Below, one piece after another: positions 25,101 through 36,846 of a stretch of 64,000 bases of DNA (positions are counted from its first letter, which is position 1; each line of letters begins with the position of its first letter). The translations under genes were made by a program, and so were the position numbers. Under the pieces are notes generated by a model, which saw only the letters and a program-made list of their open reading frames with translations, was not told where the DNA came from and did not search any database. The stretch is from NCBI GenBank assembly GCA_963924565.1, contig OZ004615.1:26474001-26538000 (forward strand), written 5' to 3'. This stretch comes from Ascidiella aspersa. Taxonomy: Eukaryota.

Positions 25101-28100
25101 ACCCATTTTTTTACTTCAGTTGCTGGTTCTTTGGTTGAAGTTCCTCCCCAAGCAGGGACAGCCCCTTCGTGTTCGCCCCCCCAAGTTGAGGGGGAGAGGG
25201 AACGGGGGAGCGTCTTGCACAGCCGGCACCTAATGAAGCGACGCAGAAGGCCAAGAAGAAATCAGGTGAAATATTTGCAAAGTTCAGTGTTCTACATTAA
25301 ATACAAATAGTTTGGAATTAATATTGGAATGATTTAGTTTTTTTAACCACAATTTAATTGTTATGGTGATTCTATAAATTTAAATATTCAGTTTTCATAT
25401 ACTAGATGTTTTGTGCAAAAAGTATGACCTTCTTATTTGAAACTAAATGACATCAATGCTAAGCTTAATAAAGTTCAAACATTGAAAAGTTTTTTTTTTA
25501 ATATGTTTGATTACAAGCAATTTTTCTTTAGTTTATGAATATTCTGCTGTAAACATCCTTGTAGTGCTTTGGAATGTGATTTCACCTTTTAAGTTCCTTA
25601 ATGAGAAGCTTATCTTTAAACAAGCTCAACTTAATCTCTTGAACAAACTCATTTGACCCCGTGGATAATTGTCTGCTTGTGATGTCAACAATGTGATTGT
25701 GCTCTCACTGTGACATCACTGTCCTGCAAACAGTCGTTCCTGTTTAAATAGCAGAGCTTTTGGCAACAATTTGCTAATCAGCACATCAACAACTGTTTTG
25801 TTGAATACAAATTGACAACCTGTCTTTACACTACTGCCAACTTTGCCACCAAATTATGCGTGATGTGAAGTTCGTAATCAGAAAATAATGGATTGCACTT
25901 TGTTTTCTTTATATAAGGCCGGCCAGGTATGCCTGATGATTTTTCTCCAATCTGATACTTGGTAGAAAGTTTTGCAATTATACCAAATGATGTCATTACT
26001 AGTTACTTTAGTCAAAATTTAAACAGGTATAAGTCATGTTTTCCAGGTCATTTAGCCAAAACTTGCTTTTAGCATTTCCTTTAATTAATAGTTTTTATTT
26101 TCTGAGAATTTTAACTTTTGCAACAGTGTTAATGCTTTCACCTCACGGCGAATCTATAAACCTCTAAACCCTGGCAGCGCACCTAGTAACCGAAACAAGC
26201 TTTATTTATGTGGTTTGACCAATTTGTCTCTAGAAATGCTTGCAAATTTCTGTTTCTGGATCCTTAATTAGCTGTAGATTAAATAAGCTAAAACTAAAAA
26301 AAATGGTAAAACAATTATATGTTTTATAATACAGATTACAGATTATTTTTTTTCAGTTTTCCCTGCCGAACCTGGTAATGTTAAAAGTGCTGGTTTAAAA
26401 GCATAATTTGCTCGGTTTGCAAATAATCACTGAAATGCACAGATCAAATGAGTATTTGATCAACACTGCTAATATTGGACTTTCCCTATATATGGCTACC
26501 CTGAAACTCTTAATGTGTGACCCCCCCACAATTGTACCGCCCTCAATTGTAACCCCGACAATTGCACCCCCCACAATTGTGTACCCCTGACATTTCTAAA
26601 CCCTTTAATGTGCGTTCAGTCGTTGGACTTTGGCAGCTCAGGAACTTATGGTTCATCGAACAGCCTTAGCTCGAACTATTCAACGCAAAGCTCACCTCAG
26701 AAGAAAACAGATGAGGTGAAGGCGAGTCGGAGCAGTAGCGAGAGTTCGAATAACCCGACAAACTCATCAAGTGACGCGCAGGTTTGTAAATATGTGGCTT
26801 TGAATAAAAAACTTGTGTTCTTCAAAAAATTGAAAACAAAATTTTTTTTTCCAAAATTACTTTATTAAGCCACAACCACCATTTGTTTTTCCATAAAACT
26901 ATTTTCTCGTCAAGATCTCTAAATTCATTTGTTTATTTTTCAGGAACCTTCGGAAAGTTTTCGCCACGACAAGGTTCCAGCCTGGAGGAGGCATTCAACC
27001 CCTGTCCTTGGGGATAAATTACGGAACCATCGGAACCACCGGCCGGCCGGGAACCCGCTGCCCGAGGCCAGTGGCGCTGAACCACAAGATGGCGCTGTCC
27101 AACCGCCACAGGAGGCAGCAGAGGGACGATTAAGCCCAGAACTTGCCGATAATTTGTGAGTACCTTACTTAATGCAAGCGTGTTGAGTATATTTGTTGTT
27201 AAACTTGCTGTTTGTTCGAATATTGTGCTTTAACTAACCTTAACGTTGTTTAAAGTGATATTTTAACCAAATGTTGCTTGAAGACAACGAATTAAAAATG
27301 TTGTTTTTATGAAAGACCTTCCCCGACTCAATTTGTACTCGACGTGGGGAACCCCCGCAGGGAAAGCCCCGACAACAGTACTGACTCGTCACGCATGGAT
27401 GGCATCGACGGAATGATCGATATTTACGCTCAACGTTCCGCTTCACCGAGTTTCATCGAAGCAGAGGTCGTTCCAAGGTCATACTTCAACAACCCGTGCA
27501 CTCCAGTATCACCAGGTACAATATATCCCCTGCACCACAGTATCACCAGATACAACATATTCCATGCACCACTGTATAACCAGGTACAACATATTCCATG
27601 CACCACTGTATAACCAGGTACAACATATCCCCTGCACCACGGTATAACCAGGTACAACATATCCCATGCACTCCAGTATCACCAGGTACAACATATCCCA
27701 TGCACTCCAGTATCACCAGGTACAACATATCCCATGCACTCCAGTATCACCAGATACAACATATCCCATGCACTCCAGTATCACCAGGTACAACATATTC
27801 CATGCACCACTGTATAACCAGGTACAATATATCCCCTGCACCACGGTATAACCAGGTACAATATATCCCATGCACCACAGTATCACCAGATACAACATAT
27901 TCCATGCACCACTGTATAATCAGGTACAATATATCCCCTGCACCGCGGTATAACCAGGTACAATATATCCCATGCACCACAGTATCACCAGGTACAATAT
28001 ATCCCATGCACCACAGTATCACCAGGTACAACATATTCCATGCACCACTGTATAACCAGGTACAATATATCCCATGCACCACAGTATCACCAGGTACAAT

Positions 28101-31100
28101 ATATCCCATGCACCACAGTATCACGAGGTACAATATATCCCATGCACCACAGTATCACCAGGTACAACATATCCCATGCACCATGGTATAACCAGGTACA
28201 ACATATCCCCTGCACCACGGTATAACCAGATACAATATATCCCCTGCACCACGGTATCACCAGATACAACATATCCCATGCACTCCAGTATCACCAGGTA
28301 CAACATATTCCATGCACCACTGTATAACCAGATACAATATATCCCCTGCACCACGGTATCACCAGATACAACATATCCCATGCACTCCAGTATCACCAGG
28401 TACAACATATTCCATGCACCACAGTATCACCAGGTACAACATATCCCATGCACTCCAGTATCACCAGGTACAACATATTCCATGCACCACTGTATAACCA
28501 GATACAATATATCCCCTGCACCACGGTATCACCAGATACAACATATCCCATGCACTCCAGTATCACCAGATACAACATATCCCATGCACTCCAGTATCAC
28601 CAGGTACAACATATCCCATGCACTCCAGTATCACCAGGTACAACATATTCCATGCACCACAGTATCACCAGGTACAACATATCCCATGCACTCCAGTATC
28701 ACCCGGTACAACAATTTCCATGCACTCCAGTATCACCAGATACAACATATCCCATGCACTCCAGTATCACCAGGTACAACATATTCCATGCACTCCAGTA
28801 TCACCAGGTACAACATATCCCATGCACTCCAGTATCACCAGGTACAACATATTCCATGCACCACAGTATCACCAGGTACAACATATCCCATGCACTCCAG
28901 TATCACCCGGTACAACATATTCCATGCACTCCAGTATCACCAGATACAACATATCCCATGCACTCCAGTATCACCAGGTACAACATATTCCATGCACCAC
29001 TGTATAACCAGATACAATATATCCCCTGCACCACGGTATCACCAGATACAACATATCCCATGCACTCCAGTATCACCAGATACAACATATCCCATGCACT
29101 CCAGTATCACCAGGTACAACATATTCCATGCACCACTGTATAACCAGATACAATATATCCCCTGCACCACGGTATCACCAGATACAACATATCCCATGCA
29201 CTCCAGTATCACCAGATACAACATATCCCATGCACTCCAGTATCACCAGGTACAACATATTCCATGCACCACTGTATAACCAGATACAATATATCCCCTG
29301 CACCACGGTATCACCAGATACAACATATCCCATGCACTCCAGTATCTCCAGATACAACATATCCCATGCACTCCAGTATCACCAGGTACAACATATTCCA
29401 TGCACCACAGTATCACCAGGTACAACATATCCCATGCACCACAGTATCACCAGGTACAACATATCCCATGCACTCCAGTATCACCAGATACAACATATTC
29501 CATGCACCACAGTATCACCAGGTACAACATATCCCATGCACTCCAGTATAACCAGATACAATATATCCCCTGCACCACGGTATCACCAGATACAACATAT
29601 CCCATGCACTCCAGTATCACCAGATACAACATATCCCATGCACTCCAGTATCACCAGGTACAACATATTCCATGCACCACAGTATCACCAGGTACAACAT
29701 ATCCCATGCACTCCAGTATCACCAGGTACAACATATTCCATGCACCACAGTATCACCAGGTACAACATATCCCATGCACCACAGTATCACCAGGTACAAC
29801 ATATCCCATGCACTCCAGTATCACCAGGTACAACATATTCCATGCACCACTGTATAACCAGGTACAATATATCCCCTGCACCACGGTATAACCAGGTACA
29901 ATATATCCCATGCACCACAGTATCACCAGATACAACATATTCCATGCACCACTGTATAATCAGGTACAATATATCCCCTGCACCGCGGTATAACCAGGTA
30001 CAATATATCCCATGCATCACAGTATCACCAGGTACAATATATCCAATGCACCACAGTATCACCAGGTACAACATATTCCATGCACCACTGTATAACCAGG
30101 TACAATATATCCCATGCACCACAGTATCACCAGGTACAATATATCCCATGCACCACAGTATCACCAGGTACAATATATCCCATGCACCACAGTATCACCA
30201 GGTACAACATATCCCATGCACCATGGTATAACCAGGTACAACATATCCCCTGCACCACGGTATAACCAGGTACACCACGGTATCACCAGATACAATATAT
30301 CCCCTGCACCACGGTATCACCAGATACAACATATCCCATGCACTCCAGTATCACCAGGTACAACATATTCCATGCACCACTGTATAACCAGATACAATAT
30401 ATCCCCTGCACCACGGTATCACCAGATACAACATATCCCATGCACTCCAGTATCACCAGATACAACATATCCCATGCACTCCAGTATCACCAGGTACAAC
30501 ATATTCCATGCACCACAGTATCACCAGGTACAACATATCCCATGCACTCCAGTATCACCAGGTACAACATATTCCATGCACCACAGTATCACCAGGTACA
30601 ACATATCCCATGCACTCCAGTATCACCCGGTACAACATATTCCATGCACTCCAGTATCACCAGGTACAACATATCCCATGCACTCCAGTATCACCAGGTA
30701 CAACATATTCCATGCACTCCAGTATCACCAGGTACAACATATTCCATGCACCACTGTATAACCAGATACAACATATCCCATGCACTCCAGTATCACCACC
30801 AGGTACAACATATCCCATGCACCACAGTATCACCAGGTACAACATATCCCATGCACTCCAGTATCACCCGGTACAACATATTCCATGCACTCCAGTATCA
30901 CCCGGTACAACATATTCCATGCACTCCAGTATCACCAGGTACAACATATTCCATGCACTCCAGTATCACCAGGTACAACATATTCCATGCACCACTGTAT
31001 AACCAGATACAATATATCCCCTGCACCACGGTATCACCAGATACAACATATCCCATGCACTCCAGTATCACCAGATACAACATATCCCATGCACTCCAGT

Positions 31101-34100
31101 ATCACCAGGTACAACATATTCCATGCACCACAGTATCACCAGGTACAACATATCCCATGCACTCCAGTATCACCAGGTACAACATATTCCATGCACCACA
31201 GTATCACCAGGTACAACATATCCCATGCACTCCAGTATCACCAGGTACAACATATCCCATGCACTCCAGTATCACCAGGTACAACATATTCCATGCACCA
31301 CAGTATCACCAGGTACAACATATCCCATGCACTCCAGTATCACCCGGTACAACATATTCCATGCACTCCAGTATCACCAGGTACAACATATCCCATGCAC
31401 TCCAGTATCACAAGGTACAACATATTCCATGCACTCCAGTATCACCAGGTACAACATATCCCATGCACTCCAGTATCACCAGGTACAACATATCCCCTGC
31501 ACTCCAGTATAACCAGGTACAACATATCCCATGCACCACAGTATCATCAGGTACAACATATCCCATGCACTCCAGTATCACCAGGTACAACATATTCCAT
31601 GCACCACAGTATCACCAGGTACAACATATCCCATGCACTCCAGTATAACCAGGTACAACATATCCCATGCACCACAGTATCACCAGGTACAACATATTCC
31701 ATGCACCACTGTATAACCAGGTACAACATATCCCATGCACTCCAGTATAACCAGGTACAACATATCCCATGCACCACAGTATCACCAGGTACAACATATT
31801 CCATGCACCACAGTATCACCAGGTACAACATATCCCATGCACCACAGTATGTATATCAGACCTCGTCAAACTAGGCATCGGTCCCTAAGAGGGTTATAAG
31901 TGTGAAGGTAGTAGCCTACATAAATCACAAACAAAAGTCCTACATCTGTATCATTTCTACCTTCCTCACTTTCGAATTTTGATATCCAAAGTCCTAATAA
32001 GCACTTGGTGCATCATGGAAGATTGAGGTGCGCCGCGCGAAAATGGAAAACTATTTAAACTTAAAATATTTTTCATCAGTTTTTTGTTTTCTCTGTTTGT
32101 TTAGTTGTTAAGGGAAACACCGGTAGACCTCACGCCAGGGTTAAGGAAGGTTAAGAAACAAACTGTAAAAACGTTCTTGAAAATACAAAATAATGCCTTT
32201 ACTCAGGAAATGCATAAAGAGGCGGAAGATGTTCTTATATTTCTGTCCAACTTGTTAAATGGCCGCGGGGAGTTCAAGTAAATTGAAACGATCTCGCGCA
32301 GTGATTTATTATCACTCATCACAATGTAAACTGTTATGGTTACAACGGGCACCGAACTTCATTTATTACTTACTGTGTATTTCAGGCAACAGCTTGTTGT
32401 GTGGGGTTGGTTGGTCGTCGGAACAACCTCACAATGAACACACCACTTATCCGAACAACACCGACATATCATCCGATCCAATAACACAACCTCCTTCGAA
32501 AGAAAAAACTAAAATTGCGATGTAAGTGAGGTGACAAAACTAGTGCTTACAGTAAAAGAGAGAACGGTTGTTTTAATTCAATTTTTTTTTCCCGTTTTCT
32601 TTGATAAAATGGCTCAGCTATTTAAATAGCTTTCTGATTTATTTCTTGGCGAGTTGTCAGACAAATAATAGTTACTTGGTGAAATGTTTCGCAGACACCG
32701 CGAAGGTTATTTGCAGAAGAAGGGCGAGACTTTGTCGTTTTGGAGATCGCGTTGGTTCGTCCTCGATGGAAGCTTCTTAACTTACTTCACAGGTTCGCCC
32801 ATTTTATCGACACAAAGTTAAAAAAGTTAAATTTAGCTTCTCAACTCTATTGGCTCCCTTATTAATTCCATCACAAAAATGCGACCAAGTAGAAACTTGC
32901 AAAATCGAATTGTTATTCAATCGTGCTGCTCACCCTTTTGTTACGTCATACAGTTACAAACAATGGCGATTATTTGCAGACAAGAACATGCGCGAGCGGC
33001 TTGGCAGGATTCCTCTGCAGCAAGTCATCGAGGTTAAGGATGAGAACCTGAACAAGAACAAAAGCATCAGGTTTGAGAAAGTTGAGCGATTTGTTTTCAA
33101 AATGTTTCACAAGTTGCTTCCTTGGAATAAGGAAGGAATCCTTCCAAAAAGCACACGGTGCAATCATTTGTTTAATCGTTCTTCATACAAATTACACCAG
33201 CAAATGATTTATTTCATTGGGACTCGAACTTCCCGCCGACCCTAGTTGAAAGTCACTGGTTTAGTTAAAGGGTTAAACATTTGGTTTAATGTTGTACGAT
33301 GCGAAAATGTGGGTTCTCCTTCTTTTAATCGAATTATTTCAACTTCCTTAAGCCTTAATACTTCATCCTTGCACTTCGTTGATCTATTGAAAACTACTTT
33401 GTGTTATTCGCTTTAAACTTCAATTAATTTCCCGCTTTCCATCGAACTTTCTCGTTTCAAGTCTCTTGATGTCCGACGGAATCCAACACCAGTTGGCAGC
33501 AGAGAGCCACAAGCTGATCGCTGATTGGCTGAGCGATATTCACAAGGTTCACGAGATGATCGTGAGGAGTGGTGACGTCATGACTCGTGAGAGCTTCGGG
33601 AGTGACTTTGAGGTTTTGGAGGGCTCCGATGTTCAAGGTGCGTTGCAAGTTGTGGGTGTTTGTGACGTCACTGTACACAACTTCTCAGCCCCAGATCACG
33701 CCCAACTGCAGTGGTCCACTTATAGTTAGATTTGTTTTATTAAGATTGGTTATGAGCAAGATTTCTTCAAAACAGAAAAAAAAGCGAAAGCATTTAAAGG
33801 CATCCTGTGTTGGCTCTTATGAATTAAATTGCAACTTATTTAAGCAAATGCGTCACGTTTTGTTCTCTTCCAAATAGATTAGTTTGAAAAATTGAATCGA
33901 CAAAACTGTCGTTGATATAAAGCTAGGCTTGTTATTTGGACGCCGCGAAAAATGTTAAAAAACACCTCAATTTTAACTTTCACCTTTTGCAAAAACTGGA
34001 GCAAAAAATAAATATCGCGAACTCTTTGGTTAATGGAGGAAACAACATCTTCTTGTTTTAATTTTTCTTCATTGATTTTAGTTTAACACTTTAAAATAAT

Positions 34101-36196
34101 TTCTCTTTATTAGCAACATCCCTTTTATGTCGTCAGATGTTCTTCTGGGTGATGACGTAAGCGGTAGTTACCATGGCAGCATGATGAGTCACATGACGCG
34201 GATAGCCAATGAGCAGGGACTCGATGCGCAGAACTACCAGTGCGCAGACTGCGCCTCCCCCATCGGTATTAAAACTGAAAAAAATGAAAAATTTTAAACC
34301 TTGACAGCTTCAAAACTATTCCCACTCTGAGGAAAATTAAAATTGTATTAAAATATGTCGCATTGACCTTGAATTAAATGCGACAATGACGTCAAAATGA
34401 AGAAAATATTCCTCAGGCATTAAAGAAACCGTGAAATCACCTGGAACATTATTTGTGTTGTGTCCAGGTATAATCTACGGCAGTCCCCGCGTGTGTTCCT
34501 TCACCGGCCAGTATTACTGCTTGGAATGCCACTTGAACGAGGAAAGCTTGGTTCCCGCGAGAATGTTGCACAACTGGGACTTTAGGAAGCATAAAGTGGC
34601 GAAAAGGTTAGGGTTCATGTAGCGGCTTGCCACCGACAAAATGAATTTATTTGGAATAAAATAATCTGCCTGAATGCAAATGGTGATTTTGGGTGCATAT
34701 TAAGTATTTAAGATTAACCAAATACAAAACTTCGGCAAAACAATTGTTATTTCGTTTTGGTTTTAAGATGGATATACGAGACCTTCATCGTTATTTTATC
34801 TTCGGTTTATAAGTTTGTTTTAAGTTTGATCAAAATTTGCTTTTAAAAGTATTTTGTAGAAAGTAAATCATTGCGCTTTATTTTTTAGATCGAAGCGCTT
34901 TTTGTCGCAAATGTGGCGCGAACCCTGCATAGAAATCGACAAGTCCAACCCTGCTGCATACCGCCACCTAGCGCAAATGAAGCAGATCCTGCCGCTCCGG
35001 ATCAAACTGGCCGCGCTCCAGCCTTACCTGGTCACGTGCCGCAAAATCACTCATGCGCAGCGAAACAGCAAGTACGAGTCTGGTTAGGTTTTGTAAGTCG
35101 TGCGATCAAGTCGCGTCTATGAACTGTTGGCTCACTTTGTCAGCTCGCTATATTAGCAGCCAACGGTAAACTTCACAACTTATTTGCCCAGATTTTGTTT
35201 TTTGGGGCAGATTGTGGCCCGATTTGCAACAACATAAAGTTTTAGCAACTTTATGGTTTATAGCAGGGATGTTCAACCGCTAACCTTATAATTAACCTTC
35301 AATTAATATTATTTCTGAGACCTTGATCGAGTCTTCTGCCGCATCTTAACATCCATCGTACATTGGTGCGCACGGAGAACGGGTTTTATAAGTTTAGGTT
35401 TTTATGAGGTCACCTCCCTTTAATTATGACGTCACCTCCCCCCCCTTTAAAGAATTTTTCAAAAACCCTAAAAACTTTTTATTTAACCGGGACTCAGTTT
35501 TAATAAATTTGTCGAAATTAGCTGAAAGTAAAATTTTTAAACGTAATCAATGGAATGAAAAAATGACATTTCATCGCTCTCATACCTTTTACGTTTGTTT
35601 ATGACGTCATATTGACCTAATGACCTTGTCAGGTTGCAAGGTCTCAGCTACATGCTGGGAAATCCCCATCTCTATTCTGCCTATGACCTTCAAAGGTCGC
35701 AGTCGGGCGACCTGTATGACGTCGTAGAGAAGATAGTGACGTATGGATTGGATCACGTGACGTCATGCTCATTGTGTCAAGCGAAGGGATTTTTGTGCGA
35801 AGTTTGTCGAAGAGACGAGGTAAGTTCCCAGGGTCATGGGTTCGATCCCTTCTCTCGGTAATTATCATTTCTATGTTAAGGTGATCTTCGCGTTCAACTA
35901 TGACGTCACAACCCAGTGCGAAGATTGCAAGAGCGTCTACCACAAGGTGGGGTTAGTTGCGAAACTTCAAAGTAAAACTAAAATCAGAAAAAAAAACTTT
36001 ATATTCAACTATTTGCTTTAAACCTGACGTCACTGTGATTACGTCACGTTGCCAGGGAGTTACGTCACGTTGCCAAAAGCTCGTTCAACTTTTTTATTAG
36101 GACTGCCTCCCGGACGCCACTAAGTGTCCGAAGTGCTTGCGGAGAAACGAGAGATTAAAGCGACAAGAACATGACGTCACGATAGACGACAAGTGA
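13124..36196 (+). CDS. PLEKHM1: Pleckstrin homology domain-containing family M member 1 (RUN, PH, Rubicon-homology domains), ~19 coding exons
   Basis: RUN-domain exons 13124-13186, 13521-13658 (LEAGFIHGLK), 21486-21581 (LPRPQFW), 21751-21927 (IGLCRAWLRLALNE..ALFRDAEQ), 22001-22134. Low-complexity exons 22.6-27.5 kb and 32386-32521. PH exons 32695-33637 (HREGYLQKKG..WRSRWFVL). RH-domain exons 34137-36196 (GLDAQNYQCADC, YYCLECH..PARMLHNWDF, CSLCQAKGFLCEVC, CPKCLRR). Stop TGA at 36194-36196. Confidence 0.92.
13272..13448. mobile_element. Small MITE-like inverted-repeat element in PLEKHM1 intron 1
   Basis: Imperfect TIRs GGAGCTGGTGTAGAAT / ATTTTAGACCAGCGCC; internal GGGTCAAG...TGACCC core shared with 44500-44620. 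Confidence 0.5.
13828..14192 (-). repeat. 3' LTR of the CsRn1-like element
   Basis: Direct repeat of 21096-21460; on the minus strand preceded by the PPT at ~14196-14205. Confidence 0.95.
15777..20327 (-). CDS. Gag-Pol polyprotein (Gag CHCC, PR, RT, RNase H, INT)
   Basis: Gag motif CWKHLKFGARARTCEAPC (C-X2-H-X9-C-X3-C, typical of the CsRn1 clade). PR-like YLVNSGS. RT LPQGLKNA..YLDDIL. RNase H SDASN/GRELL/TDHLPL/ADHLSR. INT H-H-C-C plus HADIVGP, TTDRGSQF, IERFHR and GPY. First ATG at 20327. Confidence 0.95.
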   Translation of the reverse strand: MSKTSAQSSTDIDGMEPTLLTKIQSLDKHPQDAKQSKMRVQDHKEQAEKALQTEGHHNDIEVDQLREESGALLRRLGEIMKNSMLAVKRAQTFLNRFSTPGVLKDQSSTSRLQNIAELSLEKDEASRIEQLIPEKQTSQERRHTTDASSDESDDTSTSSEERRKSKKSKTSKKPFKRKRERKPDYTVPDMIKGKVRQWFDLVDDIFDRHKVTDVTRYKQLSEAMPRFHVLDTQIKKAGRQTTDKYGTLKKATLEAYSLQNESGWLDRLTKTKRRQKELPSHYAERLISVIGGEDELKIDKIRASVNRQFIDEIPRWQRATITALDPNDLAARAQKSDQLCKESREWNNQTSEQSSESDDTSDDSSNEPKVKTKGEKTIQKQLSQILLDITRMREEKTTTQVQESVKPKTRQFSTSTNWNPRRNRTSQHQARRKSIWTQPQTSRRAFQNNSCYCWKHLKFGARARTCEAPCCWTQDHPTKEQSVNHVSRNETATLPFVKDTKTGQRYLVNSGSPFSFIRPQPHAKPDNRRDFSTTTGTPINTYGQKTLTLDLGFSTEMTHTFIVADVAYPIIGCDFLGKNTLDVSIADQKLRNTSTNELIDMQTDQMEPQSVVERRFARILSSFPELINPQPDYHKPPIHKYQIKLETTGKPFQGKPRRLHPEKFKALNEQLDTWEKQGLIRPIESEWGSPVNLVAKPNGKYRVTVDFRKLNLATTNSSTNKAIPMIQDCTDFLRGSTIFSKLDLKDAYYSVGVRREDQHKTATIAPGRKPFAWTRLPQGLKNAAGCFQTFMNDVLKEIPNCLVYLDDILVFSTNDEQHETDLRCVLGRLAEYNLYVNTKKCELARRELQFLGHVISGRGIRPPERRIQALQKVQLPKTQRQLRQHLGSLNYFNRFLPKCAETLAPLYAMLKRKGTRQALTWTEEQKQAFQASKDKLSDAVSLCHPLLDAPLSITSDASNLGCGAVLQQRVDQKWEPLAFFSKAFNKTQQKYSAFGRELLGIYLAVKHFIYYIGERETTIFTDHLPLVHAFTSNADRIIPREARHLAFIAEFATSMEHVAGKDNVVADHLSRNALNHIQLNTEAIDWKAIAQAQEEDPELKALLDNGTGMSLQKLTPPTMKTELWCDTSSSVPRIYIPQGFRHHVFRILHSVTHPGIKPTIELIAKRYVWPHMKKHVRIWTRQCHECATCKVTRHNFTPIGRFQPVERRFECVHADIVGPLNNSNSYRYILTMTNRFSRWTEFAPLKDITTETVLEAFLHTWISRYGICNTLTTDRGSQFTSRQWKELMEYLGIKHNTTTSFHPQSNGQIERFHRQLKSCLRAQTSAEDWYYNLPLIMLQLRSTWKEDLQCSPAELLYGQTLKLPNDVFATTPPESEATAGSILCKIRAYMDKQRYKPTRPRNKRPNYVDKALMTCKHVYVRNDASKPSLAPLYDGPYKVLDRSDKYFKLDKNGKPDNVSIDRLKTAYAMLTVQRQPSDSNDISTDVTEDEDSCPPPQMEQTTSRGRNIRLQARYRD
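21085..21094 (-). other. Primer-binding site, tRNA-Trp type
   Basis: Minus strand TGGTGACCCC starts 1 nt after the 5' LTR and is complementary to the GGGGUCACCA 3' end of tRNA-Trp. Confidence 0.8.
21096..21460 (-). repeat. 5' LTR of the CsRn1-like element
   Basis: Direct repeat of 13828-14192; followed by the PBS on the minus strand. Confidence 0.95.
23527..24645 (+). mobile_element. Helentron/HINE-like non-autonomous rolling-circle repeat
   Basis: 5' imperfect palindrome TATGGGCCGAAAAT-TATTTTCGGGACATA. Subterminal inverted copy TTTTCGGCCCAT (24437-24448) followed by a short stem-loop (TTCTG..CAGAA). A-rich tail ending CTAGTT. Second copy at ~59910-60948. No TSD seen. Confidence 0.55.
27497..31850 (+). 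repeat. 34-bp minisatellite, ~128 units, at the 5' end of a PLEKHM1 intron
   Basis: Consensus CCAGGTACAACATATCCCATGCACTCCAGTATCA with few variant sites; no unique spacers. Confidence 0.97.
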
Positions 36197-36666
36197 CAGT
36201 GTGACGTCACGATAGTATCCGGTGTTTGCTTATGACGTGCAATAGTTGCTGTGGTGAAACATCAGGTTGATGAGATTGCAAACTTGTTATATTACATTGA
36301 TTTTGTGCCTTACCTCAATTTAATGACATTATGCGATTGAAATATCAAAAGATTAAATATTTCGACTATTTGGCATTAGTACTCATTGGTACTTTACACA
36401 TTTGGGGCGAAATAAGTCAAGAAAAAGTGTTAATTTTTATCCAATGGATATCTAGATGATTGGAAATGTATTAATTATTATTATGTGCACTTTTTCTTGA
36501 GCCTTGTCTGCCAAACTTTAACTAAATAAAATGTTATTTGTTCCCTAATTAGGTACTTTGTTTAAACTGCATAGTAATAATAATAATAAGTACAACGAAA
36601 GCCATCGCAGACTCACCGAATCCGTTGATCTATAATGTAAGCAGAGCAGACTAGAAAAAACAACTA

Positions 36667-36740
36667 GCCTGCAGTGGGGTTCGAAATCACGACCTCAGGT
36701 CAAGCCGGGACCGTCGCTCTACCAACTGAGCTATGCAGGC
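36667..36740 (-). pseudogene. tRNA-like sequence (tRNA pseudogene or tRNA-derived SINE head)
   Basis: Minus strand GCCTGCA-TAGCTCAGTTGGTAGAGC-...-GTGATTTCGAACCCCAC-TGCAGGC. Perfect 7-bp acceptor stem, A-box and D-arm; damaged T-stem; non-canonical anticodon loop; T6 run a few nt downstream. Confidence 0.7.
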
Positions 36741-36804
36741 TCCGAAGGAAACGAGTCGAGAAACAACCACGCGCCAATGCTTGCTCAATCTGTTGAGCAG
36801 TTAT

Positions 36805-36846
36805 ACCAACTGAAGATGATACAAGTTCGTATCGAAACGTCTTAAT
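36805..36846 (+). ncRNA. Candidate minimal type I hammerhead ribozyme (Penelope-like-element type), possibly decayed
   Basis: CTGAAGA-T-GATAC(aagttc)GTATC-GAAAC-GTC: catalytic core boxes, 5-bp stem II, palindromic ACGT stem III with a GUC cleavage triplet. Stem I is weak. Confidence 0.45.

Noticed and set aside
26520-26592. Short CCCCACAATTGCAC-like repeats resembling the 24-bp unit, and the TGCAC..CAGT core shared by the 24- and 34-mers
   Set aside because: The matches are too short to separate common origin from chance; the 34-mer core appears to derive from exon sequence.
27497-31874. Long His/Tyr/Pro-rich ORFs (up to 436 aa) and a possible CRISPR-like array
   Set aside because: The ORFs occur in all three frames because the 34-bp unit lacks stop codons. 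Units are contiguous with no unique spacers, there are no cas genes, and the context is a eukaryotic intron.
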